From the NCBI GenBank assembly GCA_965203805.1, contig OZ241917.1, positions 2,240,001-2,304,000 on the forward strand: a stretch of DNA of 64,000 bases, in the 5' to 3' direction. Shown here piece by piece: positions 34,455-44,228 of this stretch; within the stretch, counting starts at the first letter, position 1; the number at the start of each line of letters is the position of its first letter. The stretch is from Candidatus Latescibacterota bacterium (lineage in GTDB: Bacteria > Latescibacterota > UBA2968 > GCA-2709665). The position numbers were made by a program, and so were the translations under genes. The notes beneath the pieces are model-generated. The model worked only from the letters and a program-made list of their open reading frames with translations, was not told where the DNA came from and did no database searches.

Positions 34455-36536
34455 CTAAGACGGACGGACCCGCCGACCCTGTCTCTCCGATCGCACGACG
34501 ATGGCCTCAACGATCATCAGGATGAACGCCAGCCCCAGAGCATGCCGCCACAGTTCCCGTCCCCCACGCGTTTCTCTGACCGCGTCTGCCGGAGAAGCAC
34601 CCGGTTCCACAACTCGCAGACGGGCTCCGCCGAACACCCGACTCAGCCCTTCCTGTGAGACGGGTGAAGGATCCCCTTCGTCGGGGTCGATACGAACGGC
34701 GAACCGGTCCGCCAGCCGGTCCCTGGCGTAGATTTCCCACACACCGGGGACATCCACCTCCCCGACCGGCCAAACCGACTGAACGCCGCGCTGTTCGGGC
34801 CAGATCATCCGCGGCTCTCCGATGGGAGGCTTCAGCAGGGCCTCGCGGGCCCGGACGCCGGAACGGTTGCGGTACACCTTGTCGCCGACGGAATAATCGG
34901 CCTGACCGCGAGTGCCTGCCGCGAGGTATTGGCTCAGTCGATGGATGAACGGAACGAAGAATCCCGTAAGGGGCAGGTCTGTCCATCGCCGATCCGTATC
35001 CAGTCCGGCGGCAAACAGCATCACTCGACCAGCGCCGACACCGGTTTCGGCCAGGGCGGGGTCGCCGTTGCGGAAGCGCAGGACGGGCTTTGTCGTCTCC
35101 CCCGGTCGTATCCGGATGTACGCGTAAAACCGGGGGCTTCGCAGCCCCTCCGCTGCAGCGATGCCCGCGAATATCGAATGATCAGACGGCGGTTCACGCA
35201 GCCTGTGATAGGTGGTTTCCCGGCCTGGAGAGCCTTCAATACCCACCAGCGATGCTGGAAACAAGCCCGGAAGCAGCGCGGAATTGTAGAAACGGAAGTC
35301 CACCCGATCCCCAAGGAGAAACATCAGACCCATACCGTTCCGAACGCGATATTCAAGGACCTTCGAGATACTGGCGGGCAGCCGCGGGACGTTAAACAGC
35401 AGGGCAGCGTCGGTCCGGTTCAGAAGATCAGCGTTCAATTCGTCCGGCCGGACCGTCCGAACCGATACCGTCTGCACCGACCCGGCTTCGAGGGCCCTCG
35501 AGACAAAATAGGTCTCGTCTTCGTTCTCGGCCACCAGCAGCACCCGGATATTCTCCGGGATAGTGAGGACCGAGGTGTAAACGTTGTCCGCCGCCAGGTC
35601 GTCGTCACTCAGTTCCACGCGCAGGGGTAGCTGTCCTCCCCGCTCCGGGACGAACCGGAAGTGGAGACGACGCGAGGCGCCGGGCTCGGAACGAATCACC
35701 TGCTGACCGATCCGGCGCCCGTCAAGGTAAACCTGCACCGGCGCACGCAGCCGGGCGGGGCCGCCGTAGTCCGCCAGCGATACCCTCAGCGTCGAAGCGC
35801 TTCCGGCGGCAAGAATCCCTTCAAGAGGAGTCGCGTCCCGGATTCCTGCGTTATCCACCTCGGTTAGCCGTACCGGAATGCAAAACACGGAAATGTCACG
35901 CCCGTTAAAAAGCGTATCCGGTACCGTCGACCAGCCGTTTCGCGAAAAATCCGAAATGACGTAAAGCTCCCTGTTCTGAATCGCCGATCGGGAGACGTGC
36001 TTCAGCGCAACCTCAAGCGCCGAACGAAAGTTCGTTCCTCTGTGTGTGGACTTCAGGACCTCGAGCCGGGCCGCAAGACGGTCGGGGCGGCCGGGCCCGA
36101 TTTCCTCCACCCGGTCATCCACCTGAAACAGGCGCACGTCGTCCTGTGTATCGAATATCTGCAGGACCTCTTTTGCTCTGTCCCGGGCGCGGTCGAACAG
36201 GGTTCCTTCGGGTACCCTGTAGCTCATGCTCAGAGACCGGTCGAGCAGGAGCACGGCCGACGTTCGCAAGGCGCCGTTGCCCGCTACGCCTTTCAACGTG
36301 GGACGGGCAAATCCGAGTACCAGGAACAGAATGACCAGCGTGCGGAGAATCAGGAGCAGAATCTGCTTCAGCCTGACCCTCCGCATTCGATCCTGCTGAA
36401 GGGTCTGCAGGAGAGCCACGTTACTGAATGCGACGGTTACGGTTCGCCGACGGTTGAGCAGGTGAATCGCCAGCGGCAGCAGCGCGGCCCATAACCCGTG
36501 CAGCATGGCCGGTGATGAAAAGGAGAGACCAAACAT
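34455..36536 (-). CDS. BatA N-terminal domain/vWA membrane protein
   Basis: LLPLAIHLLNRRR...FS, LRTLVILFLVLGFARP, MIDAS DRSLSM, ISDF, DNVY, WTDLP and a C-terminal TM helix. Confidence 0.87.
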   Translation of the reverse strand: MFGLSFSSPAMLHGLWAALLPLAIHLLNRRRTVTVAFSNVALLQTLQQDRMRRVRLKQILLLILRTLVILFLVLGFARPTLKGVAGNGALRTSAVLLLDRSLSMSYRVPEGTLFDRARDRAKEVLQIFDTQDDVRLFQVDDRVEEIGPGRPDRLAARLEVLKSTHRGTNFRSALEVALKHVSRSAIQNRELYVISDFSRNGWSTVPDTLFNGRDISVFCIPVRLTEVDNAGIRDATPLEGILAAGSASTLRVSLADYGGPARLRAPVQVYLDGRRIGQQVIRSEPGASRRLHFRFVPERGGQLPLRVELSDDDLAADNVYTSVLTIPENIRVLLVAENEDETYFVSRALEAGSVQTVSVRTVRPDELNADLLNRTDAALLFNVPRLPASISKVLEYRVRNGMGLMFLLGDRVDFRFYNSALLPGLFPASLVGIEGSPGRETTYHRLREPPSDHSIFAGIAAAEGLRSPRFYAYIRIRPGETTKPVLRFRNGDPALAETGVGAGRVMLFAAGLDTDRRWTDLPLTGFFVPFIHRLSQYLAAGTRGQADYSVGDKVYRNRSGVRAREALLKPPIGEPRMIWPEQRGVQSVWPVGEVDVPGVWEIYARDRLADRFAVRIDPDEGDPSPVSQEGLSRVFGGARLRVVEPGASPADAVRETRGGRELWRHALGLAFILMIVEAIVVRSERQGRRVRPS

Positions 36537-36685
36537 GCCGATCAGACCTGGAAATGTGGAATCAGGGGTTCGCGTTACCCCACTTGCGGGGCGGCGACGA
36601 AGCTCGCGGGCCGGTCTGTTGTCCGAGTTCCGTCCTGCCGGGTCGCCGTATGCCCGGAGGAATCCCGCGATTCCGCGCCATGTAC

Positions 36686-36716
36686 AAAAAAAACCTGCTT
36701 CTCATACGATCGCAGG
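36686..36716 (-). terminator. Possible intrinsic terminator after the EIIA gene
   Basis: Minus strand CCTGC-N13-GCAGG followed by 8 T; a second 8-bp inverted repeat (CAAATTGA/TCAATTTG) lies at 36723-36745. Confidence 0.5.
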
Positions 36717-36747
36717 CAGTTGCAAATTGAGACGGGTTCAATTTGGA

Positions 36748-37209
36748 TCAGGAATGGTGTTCCTCTTCTTCTTCGATACAGGCGATCAGGGACTCCCGGT
36801 CCTCCGATGCGATGAGATGCCGGCGAAACGCCTCGCCCTTGAGCAGGCGGGAGATGCGCGCAAGCGCCTTGATGTGCGGTCCGGAAACGTCCATTGGCGA
36901 AACCAGAAGAAAGAAGATGAACGTCGGCTGGTCGTCCAGCGCGTCGAAGTCAACGCCTTCCCGCTTTATCCCCAGCACGCCGCCCAGTTCGCTCACGTAT
37001 TCGGATTTTCCGTGCGGAATGGCGATCCCGTGTCCGATGCCGGTACTCATGATTTCTTCGCGCAAAAGCACGGCGTCCAGGACCTTCCCGCGATCGGTTA
37101 TCTTGTCACCGTCTACCGCATCGACAAGCTCCTCGAGTATTTCCCGTTTGTTCCGCCCCCTCAACCCGGCAATGACCGACCTGCCAGACAGAATCTCCAT
37201 AAGGGTCAT
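36748..37209 (-). CDS. Stand-alone PTS EIIA protein (fructose/Ntr type)
   Basis: REEIMSTGIGHGIAIPHGK phospho-His motif, GVDFDALDDQP and HIKALARISRLL. Confidence 0.9.
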   Translation of the reverse strand: MTLMEILSGRSVIAGLRGRNKREILEELVDAVDGDKITDRGKVLDAVLLREEIMSTGIGHGIAIPHGKSEYVSELGGVLGIKREGVDFDALDDQPTFIFFLLVSPMDVSGPHIKALARISRLLKGEAFRRHLIASEDRESLIACIEEEEEHHS

Positions 37210-37406
37210 GAAAACGTCTCCCGCGAGCACCCCCAAAACGCCGTCAACATCCTGTTCCCGCGCCTTCTGGTCAAGCGAAGCGAAAAATAACCCATACCTG
37301 GATCGTAGTCAAGGGAAATGGCGCAGAAGAACACGGAGATGCGCCCATGCCGTCACCGGAGATTCCCGGACCGGAATCAGCGGCGCCGTGGCTTCGGATG
37401 ACGCGG

Positions 37407-39194
37407 TTAAGCACGGCCGCGAATAAGCAGTTCCCGTTCATAGCTGCGCAGCAGGTCCGAACGGGTGATGATCCCTTCCAGTTCCACCGGCGAACCGGTG
37501 CGAAATACCGGAAGTGTATCCGCATCCGTGTTCGAAAACTGAACAAGCGCGTCGGCCAGTGAACTCGAGAGCTCGAGGGCGGCCGGCGGTTTGCCCATCA
37601 CGTCCTCGGCGATGAGCAATGCGTGCATATCGTACTCGAGCATCACTTCCCGTATGTCGTGAAACCAGATCATGCCCTTGAACCCGCCCCGGTCGTCCAT
37701 GACGGGGAAGTCGTTCAAATTACTGCGGCCGATCAGGTCCACGATTTCACGCAACGGGGTGTGTTCCCTGATGAAGTCGAAATCCGGACGAACGATTCGC
37801 GAGACCGGGAGTTTCTCCAATACCGACAGGTCCCGTCCCTGGTGTATATTCAGCCCGCGGCGCCTGAGCTTGAGCGAATAGATGGACTCGCGCTCGACGA
37901 CACGCGCCATCACCACCGCAAGAACCGTGGCGAACATCAACGGCAGGATGAGGCGGTAGTTCCCTGTCATCTCCACAATAATCAGCGAGGACGTCAGGGG
38001 GGCGTGCGTGGTCGCCGCCACGAAAGCGCTCATCCCAACGACGGCATATGCTCCGGAGGGGCTGATGACGCCGGGCAGCCAGGTCTCCGCGAGGCGGCCG
38101 AAAGCCCCGCCGAGCGTGGCGCCCATGAAGAGCGACGGCGCGAACAGGCCACCCGATGCGCCGGAGCCGACCGTCAACGAAGTACTGAGCAGCTTCAGCC
38201 CCAGATACAGACCGAGCATGGGCAGCAGGATCTGACCGTGAAGCGCGGCGCCGATTGTCTCGTAACCCACACCCAGGGCGGGCGGACACCCGAGACCGAT
38301 AATCCCGACCAGCGCACCGCCGACGGCCGGTTTCAGCCATACGGGCATCCCGTAGGCGCGGCGGTTGAAGAGATCCTCCGTCCCATACAGCAGGCGTATG
38401 AACGCAGCGCCCGCGATGCCCGCGAGAACGGCCAGTATAACGTACCATCCCAACTCGTGGAGATTGACGAACTGATAGTCCGGCACCTCGAAGACCTGTC
38501 GTTCTCCCATGTACGCCTTTGCGACGACGGCCGACATCACGGAAGCGATTACCACCGGAGTAAAGGCGGCAATGGTAAAGTCCCCGAGGATGATCTCCAG
38601 GGAGAAAAGAACACCCGCGATCGGCGCGTTGAAAATGGCGGAAATACCGGCCGAAGCACCACAGGCAATCAGTGTTTTCAGGTTCGCTTCAGAGAGTCTG
38701 AAGAGTCGCCCGACAGTGGATCCCCACGCGGCGCCGATCTGGATAATCGGCCCTTCGCTTCCGGCCGACCCGCCGGACCCGAGTGTGAATGCGGACGCAA
38801 ACGCCTTGGCAACCATCACGCGTGCGCGAATGACCCCGCGCCTGGTGATGATTGCGTTCATCACTTCCGCAACGCCGGGCCCGCGCGCTTCTACCGCGTA
38901 GAAGCAGGCGATCAGACCGGCTGCCAGACCACCCATGGCCGGAATGATGGGAAACAGGAAGGATTTGCCGAGCAATGCCGGCGCGTCGACATGCAGCAGC
39001 CCGTGCACCGCATCCAACAGCCACTGAAACAGCACGGAACCGGCCCCGCAGCCGACCCCGATCAGAATGGCCAGCCCGATCAGAAAGGTCTGTTCGCTGA
39101 GGTCTAACCTTGAGAAGAACCGAACGATCCGGTTTCGGAAGCGGATTGTCGTGTTGGGGGAAGGTAAAATCGATGGCGCGGGATCAACATCCAC
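37407..39194 (-). CDS. CLC family anion/H+ antiporter with two CBS domains
   Basis: GPGVAEV, GGSAGSEGP (gating Glu), FNAPIAGVLFSLEI (proton Glu), GGLFAPSL, EMTGNY, ESIY and a C-terminal CBS pair. Confidence 0.92.
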   Translation of the reverse strand: MDVDPAPSILPSPNTTIRFRNRIVRFFSRLDLSEQTFLIGLAILIGVGCGAGSVLFQWLLDAVHGLLHVDAPALLGKSFLFPIIPAMGGLAAGLIACFYAVEARGPGVAEVMNAIITRRGVIRARVMVAKAFASAFTLGSGGSAGSEGPIIQIGAAWGSTVGRLFRLSEANLKTLIACGASAGISAIFNAPIAGVLFSLEIILGDFTIAAFTPVVIASVMSAVVAKAYMGERQVFEVPDYQFVNLHELGWYVILAVLAGIAGAAFIRLLYGTEDLFNRRAYGMPVWLKPAVGGALVGIIGLGCPPALGVGYETIGAALHGQILLPMLGLYLGLKLLSTSLTVGSGASGGLFAPSLFMGATLGGAFGRLAETWLPGVISPSGAYAVVGMSAFVAATTHAPLTSSLIIVEMTGNYRLILPLMFATVLAVVMARVVERESIYSLKLRRRGLNIHQGRDLSVLEKLPVSRIVRPDFDFIREHTPLREIVDLIGRSNLNDFPVMDDRGGFKGMIWFHDIREVMLEYDMHALLIAEDVMGKPPAALELSSSLADALVQFSNTDADTLPVFRTGSPVELEGIITRSDLLRSYERELLIRGRA

Positions 39195-39253
39195 CGTATA
39201 ATCCCTCTGTCGCGGTTGGCGGTCGCCGAAAGTGAAGCCGATATCGACAGGTG

Positions 39254-39282
39254 AGTATACCCGTCCCCACGCGCACTGTCAA
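39254..39282 (-). promoter_or_regulatory. Near-consensus sigma70 promoter for the CLC-EIIA unit
   Basis: Minus strand TTGACA-N17-TATACT. Confidence 0.72.
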
Positions 39283-39436
39283 GCGGAAAGCGGAAATTCC
39301 ATGCCACGTGAAAACTTGAAACATTCGGGATGAATCGGCGTAAAACGGGGGAAATCTGCGACCGCGGCCCGGGAACATTCCGATTCCGCAGTCGTCTGCG
39401 CCCGGCTCCGCACCGCTCGAAACCGAAAGGATCGTC

Positions 39437-41845
39437 ATGCGACCTGTTGGGACCTTAACGAGATCTGTCTCCATCGTGTGCTTTATTTTACTGTTGGCGC
39501 CGTCGGTCGTCTTCTCGCTGCCGCCGCCAACCGTGGATTCCCTCTACGCTCAGGGTCAGACGGCACAGCGGCTGCACGACGTGCGCGAAATCGTCTCCCG
39601 GCTCAACGCCGCCGTCCCGGAAACCGACCATCCGGCGGGATTGCTGGTTCGCATCGGCAACCTGTACGTGCGGCTTCAGGAGGCGGACAGCGCGAACGTC
39701 GCCTTCAACGCCGCCGTTAACCGTGACTCCACGCTGGCGGGAGCCTTTCTCGGCCTTGGCGAGGTCCAGTTGGAACTCCGGAACAGGCCCCGATCCGCGC
39801 TTGTACCGCTGCAGAGGGCCGTCGACCTGGATTCGACGTACGCGGAAGCCCATTTCATGATGGCCCGCGCATATCTGCGTTCCAGAAAAACCACGGCCGC
39901 ACGGCGTGCGGCAGACAAGAGCATCCAGGTGGATCCGAAGTTTACGGCGCCTTACCTGTTTCTGGCAAAGCTCTACCAGCGGGAAAACAACAACCGGGCA
40001 GCCCATACGTTTTATAAACAGTATCTCGAACAGCGCCCGAACGACCAGACCGCAGCCTACGAATTCGCCGTAGAACTGCTCAAGCAGAAAGAACTCGAAA
40101 GGGCCAGAGAAATCGCCGAGCGCCTGGGCGGGTTACGCGGCTTGCCGATTGTCGCCCAGGCGATGATGGCCGATCGGGACTACGAAGGAGCGATGGCGGC
40201 GTTCTCGCAATACATTGACGGCCTCGTCCCTAAGGAACAGGCCCTTTTCGAAGACATTTCGCTGGTCGGACTCCCCCGGGAGGTGAGAGCGTTTCGAACG
40301 ACGACGCCGGAGACCCGAGAGGCGTTCCTCCGGAACTTCTGGCTCAGAAAAGACCCCTTCAAATCGTCTGCCGGCGCCATGCGACGGGCCGAGCATTACC
40401 GCCGGGTGTGGTATGCGCGCACCTTCTTCGGGAGGAAGAAGTTCCCGTATGACCGGAGGGGCCAGATCTATATTCGATACGGCGAGCCGGACTTTCGCTC
40501 GAACTGGCGTGAACTCAACGCCCAGATGCCGCTGAATGTCCAGCGGGTGCAGGAGCGGATGGCCCATCAGCTTTACGGGAACAAAGCCCTGGCCCTGACG
40601 TTCGTGGGGCCGGTCTATCCCATCCGCTCCGCCCAGGCCGCCGAAAACACCTGGCGCAACTCGGAAGTGCGGGCATCCTCGAAGCCGATTCAGACCATAG
40701 ACGAAGCAGCGGTCGGCCTGGAACGCTACAAGCCCATAACCTCCAGCGGTGACTGGTCCGCCGTTCCCTGGGCGGTCTGGATATACGCGGATATCGATGG
40801 CGGCGTAGAAATCGCCTTCACGGACGAGTTCAATACGGGCAACTTCGACTACGCGCCGGAACCGGTCCTCGGCCCGGAAGACATCAACGAGTATAACATG
40901 CAGAGCCGCGGCGGCCCGTTCCGCAACATGATCAACCGGCTGAACACGCTGTCGCCCGCTGCCCGGATGACCAGGGTCGCGAGTAAAGAACCCGAACGAT
41001 TCGCCTTCGAAGCGCTGGAACCCCTGGACTTCTATTACGAAGCCCTGTCCTTCAGAGGGCAGGACGGCAAGACCGACCTTCAACTGAACCTGGGATTGCC
41101 CATTGACAATGTCGCCCGTCCCGAGGACATCGACACGACCGTCGTCGTCAATCGCCGCATCGCACTCGTCGACAGCCGGCGGGCCCGGCTCCACAAACGG
41201 AAAGACGACCTCGCCGTCCCTGTTTCGGACGCAAATCTCGGCCTGAGCCTTCTGGCGCTTGACCGCGTTGACATGGCCGCCGCACCCGGCGTGTACCAGC
41301 TCGCGGTGGAGGCATGGCGAAAAAATACAGACATGCTCCAGGTCTACCAGCAGACCCTGGATCTGCCCGATTACAGCGGCGGCGAACTCATGATGAGCGA
41401 TATCCAGATCGCGCAGAGCGTGCGGGAAGCCGGTGACGGGGCCGATCCAAAATTCGTGCGTCAGGGCTGGAACATACTTCCGGCGCCGTCCCGAACCTTC
41501 TACATCGGGAACTCCGTTTTTGTGTATTTCGAAGTTTATAACCTGGACAAAGACGCATTCGGAAACACCCGCTACGAAGTGACCTTCGAGGTCATCTCCA
41601 AGTCCACGAGCGATACATCCCCCAGAACCTTCCTGCCCAGAATCCGCAAGGACGGCGAAGCCATTGAAGTACGATACGAGCAGGTCGGTACCGATATCTG
41701 GGTCTCGGACTTTGTGGAACTGGATCTGGGACAGGCGGATCAGGGTCGTTATTCGCTCCACATGACGGTCAAGGACCTGAATGCCGACCGTACCATCAAA
41801 CGCGACAGTCTGTTCCGGATTGCATCGCCCCCGCGCCGGCGATAG
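39437..41845 (+). CDS. Secreted TPR plus GWxTD-domain protein
   Basis: Signal peptide, TPR helices, FWLRKDP...EHYRRVWYA...PYDRRGQIYIRYGEPD, and C-terminal Ig-like domains (MSDIQIA, YFEVYNL). Confidence 0.82.
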   Translation: MRPVGTLTRSVSIVCFILLLAPSVVFSLPPPTVDSLYAQGQTAQRLHDVREIVSRLNAAVPETDHPAGLLVRIGNLYVRLQEADSANVAFNAAVNRDSTLAGAFLGLGEVQLELRNRPRSALVPLQRAVDLDSTYAEAHFMMARAYLRSRKTTAARRAADKSIQVDPKFTAPYLFLAKLYQRENNNRAAHTFYKQYLEQRPNDQTAAYEFAVELLKQKELERAREIAERLGGLRGLPIVAQAMMADRDYEGAMAAFSQYIDGLVPKEQALFEDISLVGLPREVRAFRTTTPETREAFLRNFWLRKDPFKSSAGAMRRAEHYRRVWYARTFFGRKKFPYDRRGQIYIRYGEPDFRSNWRELNAQMPLNVQRVQERMAHQLYGNKALALTFVGPVYPIRSAQAAENTWRNSEVRASSKPIQTIDEAAVGLERYKPITSSGDWSAVPWAVWIYADIDGGVEIAFTDEFNTGNFDYAPEPVLGPEDINEYNMQSRGGPFRNMINRLNTLSPAARMTRVASKEPERFAFEALEPLDFYYEALSFRGQDGKTDLQLNLGLPIDNVARPEDIDTTVVVNRRIALVDSRRARLHKRKDDLAVPVSDANLGLSLLALDRVDMAAAPGVYQLAVEAWRKNTDMLQVYQQTLDLPDYSGGELMMSDIQIAQSVREAGDGADPKFVRQGWNILPAPSRTFYIGNSVFVYFEVYNLDKDAFGNTRYEVTFEVISKSTSDTSPRTFLPRIRKDGEAIEVRYEQVGTDIWVSDFVELDLGQADQGRYSLHMTVKDLNADRTIKRDSLFRIASPPRRR

Positions 41846-41875
41846 TGGCGCCGCCAGGACCGATCATCCGGCCGA

Positions 41876-42424
41876 TCATCCCACCCGCATCACCAGGGTG
41901 TCGGCCACACGATCGTGCAGCGCCTGCCGGTCCGGATGACGGCGCGTGATCCAGACGAGAACAAAACCCAACAGCCAGCCCGAGTAAAAAACGATCGACC
42001 AGGCATGGAGGCTTCCGGCATCCAATTCCGCCGGCGGCGTCAGGACGCGACCGGCGCCCAGAGCCACCTGATGCGGATCCACATACGGGTTGAGCGCGGA
42101 CAGGGCAATTACAAACCCGAAAATGGGCGTCCACTTCACCGCGGAACGAACCAATGCCCTTGCCCGCCCTATCGCGCCGCCGTCCGCGGAGATGACCTTC
42201 AGGCTCATCATAATCTTGCCCGGCGTTTGTCCCCTGCGCGCCAGAAACACGGTACCGTAGACCAGCGTTATCCCAAATTCCAGAACAAGCGCCGCAATGG
42301 GTGAGGGCGTGATTTCTCTCAATGCGCGGGAGAGCGGCAGATCCAGCAGCTTCAGCATCAGCACGTCGATCACCAACGCCAGAAACCGCTTCCCCATCCC
42401 TGCCATCTCATCCTGCATCAGCAT
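41876..42424 (-). CDS. RDD family membrane protein
   Basis: KRFLALVID, GQTPGKIMMSLKV, RALVRS and RQALHDRVADTLV; start uncertain (42424, 42418 or 42406). Confidence 0.87.
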   Translation of the reverse strand: MLMQDEMAGMGKRFLALVIDVLMLKLLDLPLSRALREITPSPIAALVLEFGITLVYGTVFLARRGQTPGKIMMSLKVISADGGAIGRARALVRSAVKWTPIFGFVIALSALNPYVDPHQVALGAGRVLTPPAELDAGSLHAWSIVFYSGWLLGFVLVWITRRHPDRQALHDRVADTLVMRVG

Positions 42425-42848
42425 CGTCTTTAACCCCTGCTTCCGACCGGGGTGCGTGAAGCTCAATCGGCAGAAATTCGTTGAAACGCCGAAAATCGCC
42501 GTCGGTGGTAAAGATCGGCATGTGATACCGATGGGAGACCGCGCAGATCAGAAAATCAGTGTTCGAACCTTGAATACCCCGCCGCCGGCTCAGGTTGAAA
42601 AAATCGGCTGCACATTCGTAGTCCGCGGCTTCGAGCGGCAGGTCCGGAAACGCACGCAGGCGGCTTCGGAGCTTCTCGAATTGACCCTGTATACGGATTC
42701 CGGAAAGGATTTCCTGGCGGATGGGCCCGATCAGCTGGACACGGAATTCGCGGACCAGTTCCCCGAACTCTTCAACGACCGGATGTTCGGCAACGGCTTT
42801 GCGCCGCAGCGAAAGGGACCACACACTCGTATCTACCACGACCTTCAT
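42408..42848 (-). CDS. vapC: PIN-domain VapC toxin
   Basis: VVVDTSVWS, IRQEILSG, TDFLICA and IFTTDGDF. Confidence 0.9.
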   Translation of the reverse strand: MKVVVDTSVWSLSLRRKAVAEHPVVEEFGELVREFRVQLIGPIRQEILSGIRIQGQFEKLRSRLRAFPDLPLEAADYECAADFFNLSRRRGIQGSNTDFLICAVSHRYHMPIFTTDGDFRRFNEFLPIELHAPRSEAGVKDDADAG

Positions 42849-43045
42849 TGCCGTTTCCGCTGTTTCTTGTAGTCGAAATCCGGATCATAGTCGATCGTAT
42901 GAAGCAACTCCAGTATCTGGTATTGCCTCCGGCGCAGGACGTATTCTTTCAGGGCCTCGGTGACAACGGCCTTTTTCGTTCTGTGCCCCCCGATGCGACG
43001 GGCTTCCTCGATCAACGCATCATCAAGCGCGAGATTGGTCGCCAC
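42845..43045 (-). CDS. vapB: VapB antitoxin (DUF2191/RHH-like)
   Basis: MATNLALDDALIEEA...TKKAVVTEAL; ATGA overlap with vapC; GGAGGTG RBS. Confidence 0.88.
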   Translation of the reverse strand: MATNLALDDALIEEARRIGGHRTKKAVVTEALKEYVLRRRQYQILELLHTIDYDPDFDYKKQRKRQ

Positions 43046-43057
43046 TTTTCACCTCCA

Positions 43058-43098
43058 TCTTTACACATAAATTTACACAATAATATGTGTAAAGACAA
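43058..43098 (-). promoter_or_regulatory. vapBC promoter overlapped by a 12-bp inverted-repeat operator
   Basis: TCTTTACACATA-N14-TATGTGTAAAGA with an extra TTTACACA half-site at 43072-43079; minus strand TTGTCT-N17-TAAATT. Confidence 0.75.
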
Positions 43099-43171
43099 GC
43101 GGGTTTCTGTCGACTGTGTCATCCGTTTCTGATTTTACGTCAGAAAGTCAATATCGAGGGAGGTGTAAGCC

Positions 43172-44209
43172 TTGCGACTTCTGCAATTTTCCGACCCATC
43201 CGCCTCGAGTCCGTCGCGTCTAGGCCTCGTTGAGGATGATATGGTGCTGGACCTCACGTCGTGCAAGCCGTACCCTGCCTCGGTCTACGACCTTTACTAT
43301 ACGCATGGAGGTGAAGCACGCGGGTTGGACAGGGCGGTCGCGGACATCGACACCGCGAACGCCCGTATCCGCAGCCTGGCGGAACTGATGAACAACGATC
43401 CGCACGCCGGACGGCCGCACCTGATCTCTCCGGTTACGCCGCCGCCAGGCCAACCCCACAGGTTGCGTGTCTGGCTGGCCGGCGTCACCCACGCCGACAG
43501 CGCCAGGCTGAGGGAGACCGAGGCGAAAGAGGCCACCGGCGGTGCCGTAAACGTATACGACCAGAAATACCGTGAATGCGCGGGCGGCGGTATTCCGGAA
43601 CTCTTCGCGAAGACGGGCGCGGACGCGCTGGTCGGACATCGCGGGCGCATCGCCCGGCCCGACGACACCCGGCGGCTCGTGCCGGAAACCGAACTGGTCA
43701 CCCTGTACGGGCTGGACTCCGGGGGACAGATCGAACGCCTGGGCTATACCGGCGGCAACGACTACACCGACAACGGGATTGAGGCCGAAAATCCGCTGAA
43801 TCTGCCCCAGGCCAAGAATTGGGCCGGCGGGTGCGCGAGTCTGGGGCCGGTTCTGGTCACGGATTCCGAATTCGACGACGCCGGCGTCGCAGTCTCGTGT
43901 GAAATCCTGAGAGAAGACGTCCGTATCGCCCGCAAGGCCGGCCATACCGGGCAGAGCCACCTCAATATGCCCGACCGCCTCTTCCACCTGGAGCGGTCTC
44001 TCTTCAGCCGTCTGCCCCTGCAGGAGAAGACACTGCAGTTGCTGTACTGGGGCACGCCCATCGTCTTTTCGGAAAGAGACCTGGCCAACGGCCTTCAGGT
44101 TGACGACGTCGTCCTGATGTTCTTCAGCGGTATCGGCTTCCTGCAGAACACGATTGCGCCGTTTCCCGACAGCCGCCAACTGGAGCGGCTGGAAGCCGGC
44201 CGGGGCTGA
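43172..44209 (+). CDS. Fumarylacetoacetate hydrolase superfamily protein (2-keto-3-deoxy-pentonate dehydratase/AraD1-like)
   Basis: VWLAGVT, PELFAK, VPETEL and GYTGGNDYTDNGIEAENPLNLPQAK...SLGP; GGAGGT RBS before a TTG start. Confidence 0.78.
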   Translation: MRLLQFSDPSASSPSRLGLVEDDMVLDLTSCKPYPASVYDLYYTHGGEARGLDRAVADIDTANARIRSLAELMNNDPHAGRPHLISPVTPPPGQPHRLRVWLAGVTHADSARLRETEAKEATGGAVNVYDQKYRECAGGGIPELFAKTGADALVGHRGRIARPDDTRRLVPETELVTLYGLDSGGQIERLGYTGGNDYTDNGIEAENPLNLPQAKNWAGGCASLGPVLVTDSEFDDAGVAVSCEILREDVRIARKAGHTGQSHLNMPDRLFHLERSLFSRLPLQEKTLQLLYWGTPIVFSERDLANGLQVDDVVLMFFSGIGFLQNTIAPFPDSRQLERLEAGRG

Positions 44210-44228
44210 CGCTGGCGGCCAATTCGCG

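Noticed and set aside
39195-39250. Fluoride riboswitch or CLC-F exporter
   Set aside because: The leader lacks the crcB-motif consensus, and the protein lacks the GNNLI/GREGT signatures of CLC-F.
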